Assembly (NCBI GenBank): GCA_965637545.1 | Contig: OZ281495.1 | Coordinates: 28,396,001-28,460,000, forward strand | Direction of reading: 5' to 3' | From: Phallusia mammillata | Lineage: Eukaryota | DNA length: 64,000 bases | Part shown: in pieces, positions 63,392-64,000 of the stretch | Layout of the letters: each line of letters starts with the position of its first letter | Numbering within the stretch: the stretch's first letter is position 1 | The notes under the pieces: model-generated | What the model was told of the DNA's origin: nothing | The model's input: only the letters and a program-made list of their open reading frames with translations | Database searches by the model: none | Made by a program: the position numbers and the translations under genes

Positions 63392-63583
63392 TTATTTCGT
63401 TTGTTTTTGTGGTTTTCCGTAAATTCTTACAAGAACATACGCAATTGTGTCTCTTGCAAAATACAGCAGCAATGCAGCGATTCCGACCCCAGCCACCACG
63501 ACACCTCCCCATACCATTGTTGCCACTGTTCCTGTGATAACTATGGTCAATCCAATAGAGGCCACTGTCAGGGTAAAGCTCAT
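63392..63583 (-). CDS. Gly-rich hydrophobic microprotein (63 aa), paralog of 53684-53902
   Basis: MSFTLTVASIGLTIVITGTVATMVWGGVVVAGVGIAALLLYFARDTIAYVLVRIYGKPQKQTK*. It shares the T-x-(S/T)-V..GL..I..G and Y-x-x-R-D-x4-V-L patterns and the upstream ag|(a/g)attgc(c)aaggaac context with the 53.7 kb gene. Confidence 0.55.
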   Translation of the reverse strand: MSFTLTVASIGLTIVITGTVATMVWGGVVVAGVGIAALLLYFARDTIAYVLVRIYGKPQKQTK

Positions 63584-64000
63584 GGTTCCTTGCAATCCTT
63601 CAGAAAAGTAATGTAAGATCAGTCGAAGGGAGAAATATTAATTCATAGTTGTGTTGTTGAAGTGATTGACAAGTGTTGTTGAAGTGATTATTTTTCAAGT
63701 TAAGAAATGCTAATTGTTCAACGGCTAATACTTCAAACGTAAATACACATATACATAAAAAAAATAGGTTGTTTTTTATTATCTGCCCAAATGTTCGACT
63801 AAGACTCTAAGTAATACAAAGATTGACCTAAATTGCTAGTGGTAAAACTTCTCTTCACTGTCTTTGATTTGGCAATCACCCTATTGTAGGAAGCCTTCCA
63901 TCAGTCGCAACGTCGAACGTATCCGGTGACTCACTTGGTAATAAATCGGTTTTCTAGAACTAAAACGGGAAATACAGCTAAAGATAATGATAAAAACCTG

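Overview
AT-rich eukaryotic genomic DNA with GT-AG introns and one N gap (58242-58380). An invertebrate animal, possibly an ascidian, is my inference from compact introns and repeat types; it is not proven. Left half (1-29.1 kb): three tandem, same-strand (+) paralogous class A GPCR genes with identical intron positions. They carry an NRY motif at the end of TM3 (as in melatonin and Tre1/moody-type receptors) and an unusual NFxxY in TM7. The third has a His/Asp-rich extracellular N-terminus. Between them lie a tRNA-derived SINE with a 5' inverted duplication, a 4-unit tRNA-Leu-like tandem array and a 51-bp hairpin. Right half (30-64 kb): a mosaic of 2-3 kb segmental duplications carrying small membrane-protein ORFs, each uninterrupted by introns. 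One family is TM + charged helix + C-terminal CaaX-like motif, present as intact, truncated, nonsense and frameshifted copies. There is also a TM + 11-mer-repeat protein and a pair of Gly-rich hydrophobic microproteins, one starting MGNTVS. The region also holds hAT MITEs with 8-bp TSDs and a 5'-truncated Penelope-like element (GIY-YIG endonuclease plus minimal hammerhead ribozyme). That element is fused in frame to an inverted 503-bp duplicate of a microprotein gene's upstream region and N-terminus. Exon models and frameshift reconstructions were done by hand and need RNA-seq or read confirmation.
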